Source: Kiritimatiellia bacterium (GTDB taxonomy: Bacteria > Verrucomicrobiota > Kiritimatiellia > RFP12 > UBA1067). Taken from it: a stretch of DNA of 61,730 bases. The notes under the pieces are model-generated. The model was not told the origin of the DNA, did no database searches, and saw only the letters and a program-made list of their open reading frames with translations. Every line of letters starts with the position of its first letter. Within the stretch, counting starts at the first letter, position 1. Location of the stretch: assembly GCA_017525475.1 (NCBI GenBank), contig JAFXST010000089.1:1-61730 (forward strand), written 5' to 3'. The position numbers and the translations under genes were made by a program. Positions 22,193 to 31,788 of this stretch are shown here, one piece after another.

Positions 22193-22222
22193 ATACGCAA
22201 TCATTTACCCAAGAAGGTTAAT

Positions 22223-22299
22223 GGACCCGTAGCTCAGTCGGTCAGAGCAGGTGACTCATAATCTCCGGGTCGTGGGTTCAAGTCCCGCCGGGTCCACCA
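22223..22299 (+). tRNA. tRNA with anticodon CAT (elongator Met, or Ile2 read via lysidine); CCA encoded
   Basis: Hand-folded cloverleaf: acceptor GGACCCG/CGGGTCC, D-arm GCTC-AGTCGGTCA-GAGC, anticodon loop CTCATAA, T-arm GTGGG-TTCAAGT-CCCGC. It has a G1-C72 pair and lacks the GGG/CCC anticodon stem, so it is not an initiator tRNA. Confidence 0.9.
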
Positions 22300-22308
22300 A
22301 CTTTTGCG

Positions 22309-22824
22309 ATGAAAATGCGAATAATTACTATACTGGGCGCGCTACTGCTCTCGGGATGCGCAACCATGACGAAAACCGATCCGGGCGCGATCGCCGGCCT
22401 GGAATTTGCCGGCTATCCCGGCAAAGCCGGCGAGCAGGACTTTGCCATCTGCGTGTCGACGATAAGCGTCAATTTCATCTTGTGGCATATCTGCTCGGGC
22501 GACATCACCTGGGAGCCGGACAAGGAGGACGTCAACGGTTGGTGGACGTTTGACGACTGCTGCACGCAGGACCGGTTCATGGAGCTCATGGAGAAACTCG
22601 CCAAGCATTACGACGCCGATATCATCCAGTACCAGTACGACGACTACGAGCCGTTCAAACTGGGCGCCCTCACCGATACCGCCAACGCGCCGTATTGGGT
22701 GGCGTACTGGTTTTTCCCCACGCGCGAGGTGGAATGCTCGGCGGTGCTGAGGATCCGGCCCAAGGCGGCCGAGGCGGCGGCGGATACGGAGGCGAGCGCA
22801 ACTACAGTGGAGGTGGCGCAATGA
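22309..22824 (+). CDS. Putative lipoprotein (171 aa)
   Basis: Lipobox LLLSGC. It starts 9 nt after the tRNA CCA end. It shares the motif F-x-LW-x-ICSG-x2-W with the next gene. Confidence 0.7.
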   Translation: MKMRIITILGALLLSGCATMTKTDPGAIAGLEFAGYPGKAGEQDFAICVSTISVNFILWHICSGDITWEPDKEDVNGWWTFDDCCTQDRFMELMEKLAKHYDADIIQYQYDDYEPFKLGALTDTANAPYWVAYWFFPTREVECSAVLRIRPKAAEAAADTEASATTVEVAQ

Positions 22825-23228
22825 AGCGGATTTTGGCGGCGTTGGGTTTGCTGGCGCTTGCGGGGTGCTATGCGCGGTGCGATATCTCCTACCGCAAGCA
22901 TCAGGTGGAGTACGGCGAAACGGCGCTCGCGTCGGTGACGTGCCGCAACACCGGCTATTTCGTTTTTGGCCTGTGGCCGATCTGTTCGGGCATGCCGTGG
23001 CGCGAGGGGCTGCTCAAAGACTGGGACCCCGAGCACGACTGGTTCGACGATCACGTGAATATCGACGACAATATGGATATGCTGCGCCTGGCGGCGCGCG
23101 AGGTGGGCTCGAGCAAAATCGGCAACCTGCGCACGGAAATCGACGATAATATGGTCTGGTCGTTCTTCCTCATCGACCGCCGCAGCATCACCACCACGGC
23201 CACCATTTTGAAGCACAATGAAGATTAG
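22821..23228 (+). CDS. Putative lipoprotein (135 aa), paralog of the preceding gene
   Basis: ATGA overlap with the preceding gene, lipobox LALAGC, motif FVFGLWPICSGMPW. Confidence 0.7.
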   Translation: MKRILAALGLLALAGCYARCDISYRKHQVEYGETALASVTCRNTGYFVFGLWPICSGMPWREGLLKDWDPEHDWFDDHVNIDDNMDMLRLAAREVGSSKIGNLRTEIDDNMVWSFFLIDRRSITTTATILKHNED

Positions 23229-23240
23229 CGGCTGGAGACA

Positions 23241-24974
23241 ATGAAACAGAAAGCAATGCGTACGGGCGCGCAAGCGCTGGTGGATTCGCTCGTCAAGGCG
23301 GGCACGGAGGTGCTGTTCGGCTATCCCGGCGGACAGGCGCTCGATATTTTCAACTGCCTGCCGGAAGCGCCCATGAAGTTCGTCCTCGGGCGGCACGAGC
23401 AGGGGTGCGCCCACATGGCCGACGGCTACGCGCGCGCCACGGGCAAGCCGGGCGTGTGCCTCGTCACCTCCGGCCCCGGCGCCACCAACGTGGTTACGGG
23501 CCTCGCCACCGCCAACATCGACGGCGTACCCATGGTGGTGATCACCGGGCAGGTGCCGCTGCCGCTCATCGGCACCGACGCCTTCCAGGAGGCCGACACC
23601 ACCGGCATCACCCGCGCCATCACCAAGCACAATTTCCTGGTGCATTCGGCCGACGAAATCCCCGAGATCGTGGCGCAGGCGTTCTATATCGCCACCCACG
23701 GCAAGCCGGGGCCCGTGGTCATCGACGTACCCAAGAACTGCCAGCAGGCGCTGACCGCCGCGGAATATCCCGAAAGGGTGTCGCTCAGGGCCTACCATCC
23801 CGAGAAGGCGCCCAACCCCAACGATCTTTCGAAATTCGCCAAAATCGTCAACGAGGCCAAGCGGCCGGTGCTCTACGCCGGCGGCGGCGTGATCACCTCG
23901 GGCGCGGCGGCCGACCTCGCCAATCTCGCGCACAAGGCGCAGATCCCGGTGGCCACCACGTTCATGGGCCTCGGGGCGTTCGACGAGCGCGACGCGCTCT
24001 CGCTCCGGATGGCGGGCATGCACGGCTCCGCGGCGGCCAACTGGGCCATCAACGAGGCCGACTGCATCATCGCCCTCGGCGTGCGCTTCTCCGACCGCGT
24101 GACCGGCAACATCAAGCTCTACGCGCCCGACGCCAAGATAATCCACGTCGATTGCGACCCCTCGTCGATCAACAAGAACGTCAAGGCGGCGCTCGGCATC
24201 TGCGCCGACATCAAGGACGTGCTCACCACGGTCAACAGCCGCATCAAGGCCAACACCCACGCGGAGTGGCTGCGCAAGATCCACGCGTGGCAGAAGGAGC
24301 GGCCCATCGCCTACCGGCCCATGCACGAGGGCGTGATCATGCCGCAGGCCGTGGTCGAGGCCATCGACAAGGCCACCAACGGCGAGGCGCTGATCGTGAC
24401 CGACGTCGGCCAGCACCAGATGTGGGCGGCGCAGTTCTTCCGCCACAATACGCCGAGGCACTTCCTCTCCTCCGGCGGCATGGGCACCATGGGGTTCGGC
24501 ATTCCCGCGGCGATCGGGGCGGGGCTGGGCAAGCCCGGCGCCAAGGTGGTGTGCGTGGTCGGCGACGGCGGCGCGCAGATGACTTTCGAAGAGGTGGTGT
24601 GCGCCGTGGAGCACAAGGTGCCGGTGACGTTCGTCATCGTCAACAACAGTTGCCTCGGCATGGTGCGGCAGTGGCAGCAGCTTTTCTACAAAGAGCGCTA
24701 CGCGGGCTCGATCCTTTCGGTCAAGGGCCGCCTCGACATGGAACGGCTCGACCAGGATCTCGAGTACGATTACCTGCCGGACTTTACGCTCCTCGCCAAG
24801 GCGCACGGCGCCGAAGCCTTCAGGGTGATCGACCCCGCCAAGCTCGACCAGACCATCAAAAAGGCCGTCGGTTGCGGCAAGACCGCGGTGGTGGAGGTTA
24901 TCGTGGAGCCGCGCGCCAACGTGTATCCAATGATTCCCGGCGGCAAACCGGTTACGGAGATGATATTCGGATGA
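23241..24974 (+). CDS. ilvB: Acetolactate synthase (acetohydroxy-acid synthase), large catalytic subunit
   Basis: 577 aa. ThDP-enzyme N-terminus GAQALVDSLVKAGTEVLFGYPGG and ThDP-binding motif GDGGAQM...NN. Confidence 0.9.
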   Translation: MKQKAMRTGAQALVDSLVKAGTEVLFGYPGGQALDIFNCLPEAPMKFVLGRHEQGCAHMADGYARATGKPGVCLVTSGPGATNVVTGLATANIDGVPMVVITGQVPLPLIGTDAFQEADTTGITRAITKHNFLVHSADEIPEIVAQAFYIATHGKPGPVVIDVPKNCQQALTAAEYPERVSLRAYHPEKAPNPNDLSKFAKIVNEAKRPVLYAGGGVITSGAAADLANLAHKAQIPVATTFMGLGAFDERDALSLRMAGMHGSAAANWAINEADCIIALGVRFSDRVTGNIKLYAPDAKIIHVDCDPSSINKNVKAALGICADIKDVLTTVNSRIKANTHAEWLRKIHAWQKERPIAYRPMHEGVIMPQAVVEAIDKATNGEALIVTDVGQHQMWAAQFFRHNTPRHFLSSGGMGTMGFGIPAAIGAGLGKPGAKVVCVVGDGGAQMTFEEVVCAVEHKVPVTFVIVNNSCLGMVRQWQQLFYKERYAGSILSVKGRLDMERLDQDLEYDYLPDFTLLAKAHGAEAFRVIDPAKLDQTIKKAVGCGKTAVVEVIVEPRANVYPMIPGGKPVTEMIFG

Positions 24975-25219
24975 AACAGGAAATCTACCGCTTCAACTGC
25001 TTTGTGGAGAACCGTCCCGGCGTGCTCGCCCGGATCGTGGGGCTCATTTCGGGGCGCGGCTACAACATCCAGGCGCTCAACGTGGGTCCCACCGAGGACG
25101 GTACCGTATCGAAGATGAAGATCGACGTGCTCTGCTCCGACGAAGGCGTAGTCGAGCAGATCAAACACCAGCTTATGAATCAAGTGAACGTGATCGAGGT
25201 CACGTCGCGCAAACGTTAA
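24971..25219 (+). CDS. ilvN: Acetolactate synthase small (regulatory) subunit, short ACT-only form
   Basis: ATGA overlap with ilvB. 82 aa with the ACT-domain start FVENRPGVLARIVGLISGRGYNI. Confidence 0.8.
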   Translation: MKQEIYRFNCFVENRPGVLARIVGLISGRGYNIQALNVGPTEDGTVSKMKIDVLCSDEGVVEQIKHQLMNQVNVIEVTSRKR

Positions 25220-25229
25220 GGAGCAAGCA

Positions 25230-26093
25230 ATGGGTTACAATTGTGTGGTCTGCATCAAGCAGGTGCCCGATACCGGCAAAGTGACCGGAGATGCCATGAA
25301 GGCCGACGGCACCATCAACCGCGCGGCGCTGCCGGCGATCTTCAACCCCGAGGACCAGAACGCGCTGGAAGCGGCCTTGAAGGTGCGCGACCAGCATGGC
25401 GGCACGGTCACGGTGATTACGATGGGGCTGCCGTCGGCGTGCGCGATCCTGCGCGAAGCGCTGATGTGCGGCGCCGACAAGGCGTACCTCGTCACCGATC
25501 GCCGCGCGGCGGCCTCGGATACGCTGGCGACGAGCTACATCCTCGCGCAGGCGGTCAAGATGCTCAAGCCCGATCTCGTCTTCTGCGGCCGCCAGGCCAT
25601 CGACGGCGACACCGCCCAGACGGGGCCGCAGATCGCCGAGAAGCTGGGCGCGACGCTGGTCACCTACCTCGAAGGTCTGGAGATCAAGGACGGTTACGCC
25701 TACGCTACGCGCAACATCGGCACCGGCACCGAGAAGGTCAAGGCCAAGCTGCCGGCACTCTTCACGGTGATGGAGAAGTGCGGGGAATTGAGGCCCTTCG
25801 AAGTGCGCCGCGCCATGAAGTACAAGAAGGCGCGCGCCCCCATGGAGCTTAGCAAGGAGACGGCCGAGGCCGACTATGCGGCGCTCAAAGCCAAGGGGCT
25901 CGACATCGGGCAGTGGAGTCTGGACGACATCGCCTGCGACCTGACGCGGTGCGGCAAGGCGGGTTCGCCCACGCTCGTCAACAAAATCGTGAACGTGGTG
26001 CTCTCGGGCGGCGAGTTCCAGGAATACCAGCCGACCGACGAGGACGTGGGGCGGCTCGTAGGGTCGCTGATCGCCGATCACACCATAGGCTAA
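25230..26093 (+). CDS. etfB: Electron transfer flavoprotein, beta subunit
   Basis: The N-terminus VVCIKQVPDT, plus DRRAAASDTLATSY and GRQAIDGDTAQTGP, are typical of EtfB. Confidence 0.9.
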   Translation: MGYNCVVCIKQVPDTGKVTGDAMKADGTINRAALPAIFNPEDQNALEAALKVRDQHGGTVTVITMGLPSACAILREALMCGADKAYLVTDRRAAASDTLATSYILAQAVKMLKPDLVFCGRQAIDGDTAQTGPQIAEKLGATLVTYLEGLEIKDGYAYATRNIGTGTEKVKAKLPALFTVMEKCGELRPFEVRRAMKYKKARAPMELSKETAEADYAALKAKGLDIGQWSLDDIACDLTRCGKAGSPTLVNKIVNVVLSGGEFQEYQPTDEDVGRLVGSLIADHTIG

Positions 26094-26109
26094 GGCAAGG
26101 AGGACGACA

Positions 26110-27138
26110 ATGGACAGAAGCAAGGGAGAAGTCTGGATTTTCGCCGAGCAGGAAGACGGCGTACTTAGCGATGTGGCGCTGGAACTGCTGGGCAAGGGCC
26201 GGGAACTCGCGGACAAGCTCGGGGTGCCGCTCGCGGCGGTGCTCTTGGGCTCGGGCGTCGAAGGCCTGGCGGCCAAGCTCTTCGAGTACGGCGCCGACAA
26301 GGTGCACCTGGTCGACGACCCCAAACTCGCGCACTACCAGAACTTGAGCTACCGCGAAACGATGATCGAGCTCATCCGCGAGGTGCAGCCGCAGATTTGC
26401 GTCTACGGCGCCACCTTCCTCGGGCGGGATCTCGCGCCTTCGGTGGCGTCGGCCTTGCGATGCGGGCTTACGGCCGATTGCACGGAGCTTACGATCGGCG
26501 ACTACACCGACCCCGCCACCAAGGAAGAGTTCAAGAATCTGCTCATGCAGTGCCGCCCGGCGTTCGGCGGCAACATCATCGCCACCATCGTCAATCCGCG
26601 CAACTGGCCGCAGATGGCCACCGCGCGCGAGGGCGTGATGAAGATGCTCGACCCCGCGCCCGGCCGCACCGGCGAAATCGTGCGCCACGCCGCCAAGTGC
26701 CTGGAAACGCTGGAACTGCCGGTGGAGGTGCTGGAGGTGGTGCGCGCCGCGAAGAGCGTTAACCTCAAGGGCGCGCGGGTCATCGTGGCCGGCGGCGCCG
26801 GCGTGGGTTCCAAGGAGAACTTCAAGCTCCTCCACGAGCTCGCCGAAGCGTTGGGCGGCACCGTGGGCGGCACGCGCGCGGCGGTGGACCTGGGGTACTG
26901 CGAGCACGAGCGGCAGATCGGGCAGACCGGCGTTACGGTGCGCCCGGCCTTGTATATCGCCTGCGGCATTTCGGGTGCGGTGCAGCACCTGGCGGGCATG
27001 CAGGAATCGCAGAAGATCATCGCCATCAACACCGACAAGGAAGCGCCGATCTTCGCGGTGGCGCACTACGGCATCGTCGGCGACCTCGCGGCGGTGCTCC
27101 CCAAGATGATCAAGGCCGTCAAGGCCAAGGCGCTCTAA
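26110..27138 (+). CDS. etfA: Electron transfer flavoprotein, alpha subunit
   Basis: C-terminal FAD-binding signature PALYIACGISGAVQHLAGM. 342 aa. Confidence 0.9.
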   Translation: MDRSKGEVWIFAEQEDGVLSDVALELLGKGRELADKLGVPLAAVLLGSGVEGLAAKLFEYGADKVHLVDDPKLAHYQNLSYRETMIELIREVQPQICVYGATFLGRDLAPSVASALRCGLTADCTELTIGDYTDPATKEEFKNLLMQCRPAFGGNIIATIVNPRNWPQMATAREGVMKMLDPAPGRTGEIVRHAAKCLETLELPVEVLEVVRAAKSVNLKGARVIVAGGAGVGSKENFKLLHELAEALGGTVGGTRAAVDLGYCEHERQIGQTGVTVRPALYIACGISGAVQHLAGMQESQKIIAINTDKEAPIFAVAHYGIVGDLAAVLPKMIKAVKAKAL

Positions 27139-27154
27139 ACAAAGGAGATTTGAA

Positions 27155-28897
27155 ATGGCCAATTTCTACAAGGACAATCCCGAAATCGCGGAAATCATCG
27201 ATGCGCTCGACCTCACGGAGGTGGCCGGGCTCCTGGAGAACGGCTTCGCCTACGCCAAGGAGTACGATTTCGCCCCCGAAAACGCGGCGGACGCCATCGA
27301 CAACTACAAGCGCGCGCTCGACGTGTGCGGCAAGATCGCGGGCGAACGCATCGAGCCTACGGCCGAAGCCACCGACCGCGTGGGCAACATCCTCGAGGAC
27401 GACGGCACCGTAACCTACACGCCCGGCATCAAGCTGGCCATCGAGCTCTACGGCAAGAGCGGCCTCATGGGCGCGACGCTCCCCTATTACCTCGGCGGCC
27501 TCAACATGCCGTGCACGATTTTGACGGCGCTCAACGACATCGTTTCGCGCGCCGACTGCTCGCTCATGAACATGTTCGGGCTCCAGGGCATCGCCGAGAC
27601 CATCAACGCCTTCGCCGACGAGGACATCAAGCGCCAGTATGTGCCGCGTCTGGCGACGGGCGAGCTCACGGGCGCGATGGTGCTGACCGAGCCGGACGCC
27701 GGCTCCGATCTGCAGTCCGTGAAGACGATCGCCTACCAGGACGAGAAGGGCGAATGGTTCGTTTCGGGCGTCAAGCGCTTCATCACCAACGGCTGCGGCG
27801 ACGTGCTCCTGGTGCTGGCGCGCACGGAACCGGGCACGACCAACGGGTCGGGCCTCAGCTGCCTCTTGGTGGAGAAGTGCCCGCAGGTCAAGGTGCGCCG
27901 CATCGAGCACAAGCTCGGCATCAACGGCTCGCCCACTTGCGAACTGGTGTTCAAGGATGCGCCGGCCAAGCTGATCGGCCAGCGCCGCCGCGGCCTCATC
28001 ACCTACGTGATGGCGCTGATGAACGGCGCGCGCGTGGGCATTTCGGCCCAGGGCACGGGCGTGGGCGAAGCCGCCTACCGCGCCGCCCGCGAGTACGCCG
28101 CGAGCCGCAAGCAGTTCGGGGTTACGATCGACACCTTCCCGGCGATCCGCGAGCTCTTGGCCAACATGTCGGTGGATCTGCAGGCCTCGCGCGCGCTCGC
28201 GTACTATTCCTCCAAGTCGGTGGACCTGGAAGGCGGCCTCACCAAGAAGTTCGAGTCGCTCAAGGGCACGCCCGAGGCGATGGCGGTGCGCGGCCGGATG
28301 AAGAAGTATTCGGCGTTCAACAAGATGCTTACCCCCATGGCCAAGTACTACGCCTCCGAAATGGCGATGCGCGTTTCGAACAACGCGGTGAGCGTCTTGG
28401 GCGGCTCGGGATACATGAAGGACTATCCCGTGGAGCGCTACTTCCGCGACGCCAGGATCTGCTCCATCTACGAGGGCACTTCGCAGCTGCAGATCGTGGC
28501 GGCGATCGCCGGCGTCGAAGGCGGGCTCGTGCCCGAGGCGGTGGCCGACGTGCTCGAGGGCGTGGAGCTGGACGACACGCTCAAGGCCAAGACGGCCGAG
28601 ATCGGCAAGCTCGTGGACGAGCTGGGCGAGGCCATCAAGGCGGTCAAGGACTATCCCGACGGCAAGATGTACCACAGCCTCCAGGCGCGGCGCCTGGTGG
28701 ACGCCGGCATCGCGGCCATCGTGGGCGCGCTCTTCGTGCGGCTCGCGGCCAAGAACCCGGCCAAGCGGCAGTCGCTCGAATACTGGCTTAACGTGCAGTT
28801 CCCGGCCGTGCGCGCGGGACTCGAAGTGGCCAAGGGCGGGTATGTATCGAGCGTCACCGATTTCGAGACCTTGGCGCCCATGCCCAAGGCCGAGTAA
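27155..28897 (+). CDS. Acyl-CoA dehydrogenase, long (about 580 aa) type
   Basis: ACAD core motifs (GAMVLTEPDAGSDL, ITNG, YEGTSQLQ) with a C-terminal extension. Lies immediately downstream of etfBA. Confidence 0.85.
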   Translation: MANFYKDNPEIAEIIDALDLTEVAGLLENGFAYAKEYDFAPENAADAIDNYKRALDVCGKIAGERIEPTAEATDRVGNILEDDGTVTYTPGIKLAIELYGKSGLMGATLPYYLGGLNMPCTILTALNDIVSRADCSLMNMFGLQGIAETINAFADEDIKRQYVPRLATGELTGAMVLTEPDAGSDLQSVKTIAYQDEKGEWFVSGVKRFITNGCGDVLLVLARTEPGTTNGSGLSCLLVEKCPQVKVRRIEHKLGINGSPTCELVFKDAPAKLIGQRRRGLITYVMALMNGARVGISAQGTGVGEAAYRAAREYAASRKQFGVTIDTFPAIRELLANMSVDLQASRALAYYSSKSVDLEGGLTKKFESLKGTPEAMAVRGRMKKYSAFNKMLTPMAKYYASEMAMRVSNNAVSVLGGSGYMKDYPVERYFRDARICSIYEGTSQLQIVAAIAGVEGGLVPEAVADVLEGVELDDTLKAKTAEIGKLVDELGEAIKAVKDYPDGKMYHSLQARRLVDAGIAAIVGALFVRLAAKNPAKRQSLEYWLNVQFPAVRAGLEVAKGGYVSSVTDFETLAPMPKAE

Positions 28898-28903
28898 GCG
28901 GCG

Positions 28904-30865
28904 ATGAAGCTTTTAGGCGAAAAGATCTTCGCGCGCGACGCCGAGGGCAACCTCGTATCGCGCATCGGCACGCTCTTTTTGCGCACGCCCGGCCTCGTGA
29001 CCCGCCGCGGCGTGCACGCCATGCAGCGCCAGATGTGGATCGACGAGCTCAACCGCGAGCGCGACGCCGACCATCCGCTGACGCTGGAGGAGGAGGATGC
29101 GGAGCTGCAGGAGTCGGTGGACCTCGTATTCACCGACGACCATGTGATCATCCGCCCCGATCCCGAACGCATGGATCTGGCCTTCAGGGCCGACGAGGTG
29201 CTGCAGACGCTGGTGAGCAAGCGGGTAATCCGCTTCCTCAACACGTCCTCGGCCAAGGTGCGCCGGGCCATCACCGAGCGCGGCGAAAACTGGCGGATTT
29301 CGCGCCAGCCGATTTCGCAGCAGGATATCGCCGATCTGATCGAGCACTCCAAGGTGCCGATCTGCGAGCATCCGATCTACTACTACAACCGCGCCACCGG
29401 CACGAGATTCGTGACCGCCTCGACCTATCTCGACGTGCAGAAGCTCGACAACGTACGCTTCCGGCGGCAGATCAAGGAATTCGTGGAGGGGCTCTCCAAG
29501 CGCAACCGCATTGGCAACCCCGAGGTGGACCTCTTCCCGGCCACCACGCCCATCGAGATCAAGCAGGCGTGGAAGGCGCTGCCGTTCGTCGAGCTTACCG
29601 ACGAGGAACTCAGGGAGCGGTGCTCCAAGATCGATCAGGACTGGCGCATGAGCCTCCCCCCGGAGCTCCGCGACGAATCGGTGGACAACTACGACTGGCG
29701 CAACGCCATGTGCCAGACGATCACCCGCAACCCCAACGAGACCGCGACCGACGAGCACGAACTGTTGAGCGGCATCGCGAGCGAGTTCTACCGCCAGATC
29801 GAGTGGCTGCCGGGCGCGCAGATCGACCGCGGCGAAGTGATTTTCGATTCGCTCTACGGCGACGCCGAGCGCACCCGGGATCCCAAGCTGCTGGCGATGT
29901 GCGACCCGCGGGTCAAGGCCATCATCTTTACGTTCGTGCGCCTGCTCGGGGACGTGAGCTTCATCAACGTGGGGCGCATCGCGCGCTCGCTCTCGCGCGA
30001 CGCTTCGCAGGCGGCCAAGCGCAATTGCGTGTATATCCTGCAGTACAGCTTCAAGGGCGATATCCAGCCGCGCATCGCCGTGATCCGCCTGCAGAAGTGG
30101 GGTATCGCCGAGCGTCTCGACCAGGGTAAAGACATGCTTCAGGCGATCCTGGAGACCGACGAATACGCCGACTACATCCTGGACCGGCGGCTCATGTGCA
30201 TGCAGCTGGGGATGAACCTCCCGAAGCGCATGGTGGGGCACGGGTCGTTCATGGAGAAGTACCGCGGGCGCAACCAGTACAACGGCGTAAGCGTGCGCAC
30301 CGGCTTTTTCGTGCGGCCGTACATCCGGGGCATCGCCTCGGACAAGATCCCCGAGCAGAAGTACCGCAACCCCATGTTCGCCGCCAAGTTCGCCGAACTC
30401 ATGGGCCGCGCCGCCGCCTTGGACATGATCGTGGGGCGCCGGCGTTCGGAGACGGGAGAACTCCTCTTCGACAAGAACTACGAGGTGGTGATCCTCGGCG
30501 ACGACGGCATGCCCAAGGAGCTGGCGGTCACCGACCATGCCGGTTCCTTCGTGGACTACGAGCGGCCCCTGGCCGACTGCGCGGCCGATTACGCCCGGGT
30601 GGCCACCGAACGCAAGCGACTGGTGGCGGATTATCCGGCGTTCGTCGACGCCTACGTGCGCGGCTTCGCCGCCGGCGTCGCCACCGCGCAGGAGAACTAC
30701 CGCGCCCGCCGCCGGGCGTTCGACAATCTGTTCGTGGACCGGCCGTTCGACGTGAACGGGTCGGGCGCCTATCGCTGGGCCTGCACGTTGCGGCGGCTCG
30801 ACGAGGCCGACCCCGCCGTATTGGCGGCGCGGTTGCGCGATGCCATCGGGGCCGTGGAATGCTGA
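28904..30865 (+). CDS. Conserved-looking hypothetical protein (653 aa); the C-terminal half has a faint AceK-like / atypical-kinase motif
   Basis: Long ORF with core-genome GC, starting 6 nt after the acd stop. The segment AAALDMIVG...[12 protein letters not shown]...VTDHAGSF resembles the AceK catalytic region AANIFPGDMLFKNFGV...YDYDE as I recall it. No other family is recognisable by eye. Confidence 0.6.
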   Translation: MKLLGEKIFARDAEGNLVSRIGTLFLRTPGLVTRRGVHAMQRQMWIDELNRERDADHPLTLEEEDAELQESVDLVFTDDHVIIRPDPERMDLAFRADEVLQTLVSKRVIRFLNTSSAKVRRAITERGENWRISRQPISQQDIADLIEHSKVPICEHPIYYYNRATGTRFVTASTYLDVQKLDNVRFRRQIKEFVEGLSKRNRIGNPEVDLFPATTPIEIKQAWKALPFVELTDEELRERCSKIDQDWRMSLPPELRDESVDNYDWRNAMCQTITRNPNETATDEHELLSGIASEFYRQIEWLPGAQIDRGEVIFDSLYGDAERTRDPKLLAMCDPRVKAIIFTFVRLLGDVSFINVGRIARSLSRDASQAAKRNCVYILQYSFKGDIQPRIAVIRLQKWGIAERLDQGKDMLQAILETDEYADYILDRRLMCMQLGMNLPKRMVGHGSFMEKYRGRNQYNGVSVRTGFFVRPYIRGIASDKIPEQKYRNPMFAAKFAELMGRAAALDMIVGRRRSETGELLFDKNYEVVILGDDGMPKELAVTDHAGSFVDYERPLADCAADYARVATERKRLVADYPAFVDAYVRGFAAGVATAQENYRARRRAFDNLFVDRPFDVNGSGAYRWACTLRRLDEADPAVLAARLRDAIGAVEC

Positions 30866-31788
30866 AGTACGCGGCCAGACGTCTCCTGGAAGTGATCCCC
30901 GCGACCGTGGGGATACTGCTCCTCACGTTTTTGCTGTTCAACGTGGTCGGCGGCTCGCCCGCCGAGACGATCCTCGGCAAAAACGCCACCAAGGAGTCGA
31001 TCGAGGCGTTCAACCGCAAGTGGGGCTACGACAAGCCGCTCGTTTTCGCCCGCGACAGCCAGTTCGTGCATTTCCTCTCGTCGCTCGCCAAGGGCGACCT
31101 CGGCTATTCCATCGAGATGAACGAGCCGGTAGCTTCGGTGCTGGCCCGGGGCGTGGGGCCGAGCCTGTCGCTCACGGTGCCTATCCTGGTTGGCGGTTCG
31201 GCGGTGGCGCTGATGCTGGCCATGGTCGCCGCCGCCACGCGCGGCACGGCGGTGGACAGTTCCATCCTCGTCGCCTCCACCGCGCTTATGAGCGTAAACT
31301 ACGTGGTGTGGGTGCTGGCGGGCCAGTTTTTGCTGTCCTACAAGCTGGGGCTGTTCCCGGTGTGGGGCTACGAGAGCGTTTTCTACCTGGCCTTGCCGGT
31401 GCTGATCGGCATCGTGTCGTCGCTCGGCACCGACGTAAGGTTTTTCCGCAGCGCCTTCCTCGACGAAATCTACAAGCCCTACGTGCTGACCGCCCGCGCC
31501 AAGCATCTGTCGCGTTCGCGCATCCTGTTCCGCCACGTGCTCCCCAACGCGCTGATCCCGATCGTCACCTATATTTCGCTTTCCATCCCCTGGCTGTTCA
31601 CGGGCTCGCTGCTCCTCGAAAGCTTCTTCGGCATTCCCGGGCTCGGGTCGGTATCGATCAACGCCATCCATTCGTCCGACATGGCGGTGGTGCGTTCGCT
31701 GGTGGTGCTGGGGGCGCTGTTGTACCAGGGCGTGAACCTCTTGGCGGACCTCGCCTACGCCGCGCTCGATCCGAGGGTAAGGCTATGA
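30859..31788 (+). CDS. ABC transporter permease, DppB/OppB (peptide/nickel) family
   Basis: N-terminus [30 protein letters not shown]-loop region [24 protein letters not shown], six TM segments. Confidence 0.85.
   Translation: MLKYAARRLLEVIPATVGILLLTFLLFNVVGGSPAETILGKNATKESIEAFNRKWGYDKPLVFARDSQFVHFLSSLAKGDLGYSIEMNEPVASVLARGVGPSLSLTVPILVGGSAVALMLAMVAAATRGTAVDSSILVASTALMSVNYVVWVLAGQFLLSYKLGLFPVWGYESVFYLALPVLIGIVSSLGTDVRFFRSAFLDEIYKPYVLTARAKHLSRSRILFRHVLPNALIPIVTYISLSIPWLFTGSLLLESFFGIPGLGSVSINAIHSSDMAVVRSLVVLGALLYQGVNLLADLAYAALDPRVRL

Noticed and set aside
11757-22222. A classical tRNA-targeting integrative element or prophage
   Set aside because: There is no integrase, excisionase, phage or conjugation gene. 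The island lies on the 5' side of the tRNA and its promoter, and no repeat of the tRNA 3' end is visible at the far boundary.
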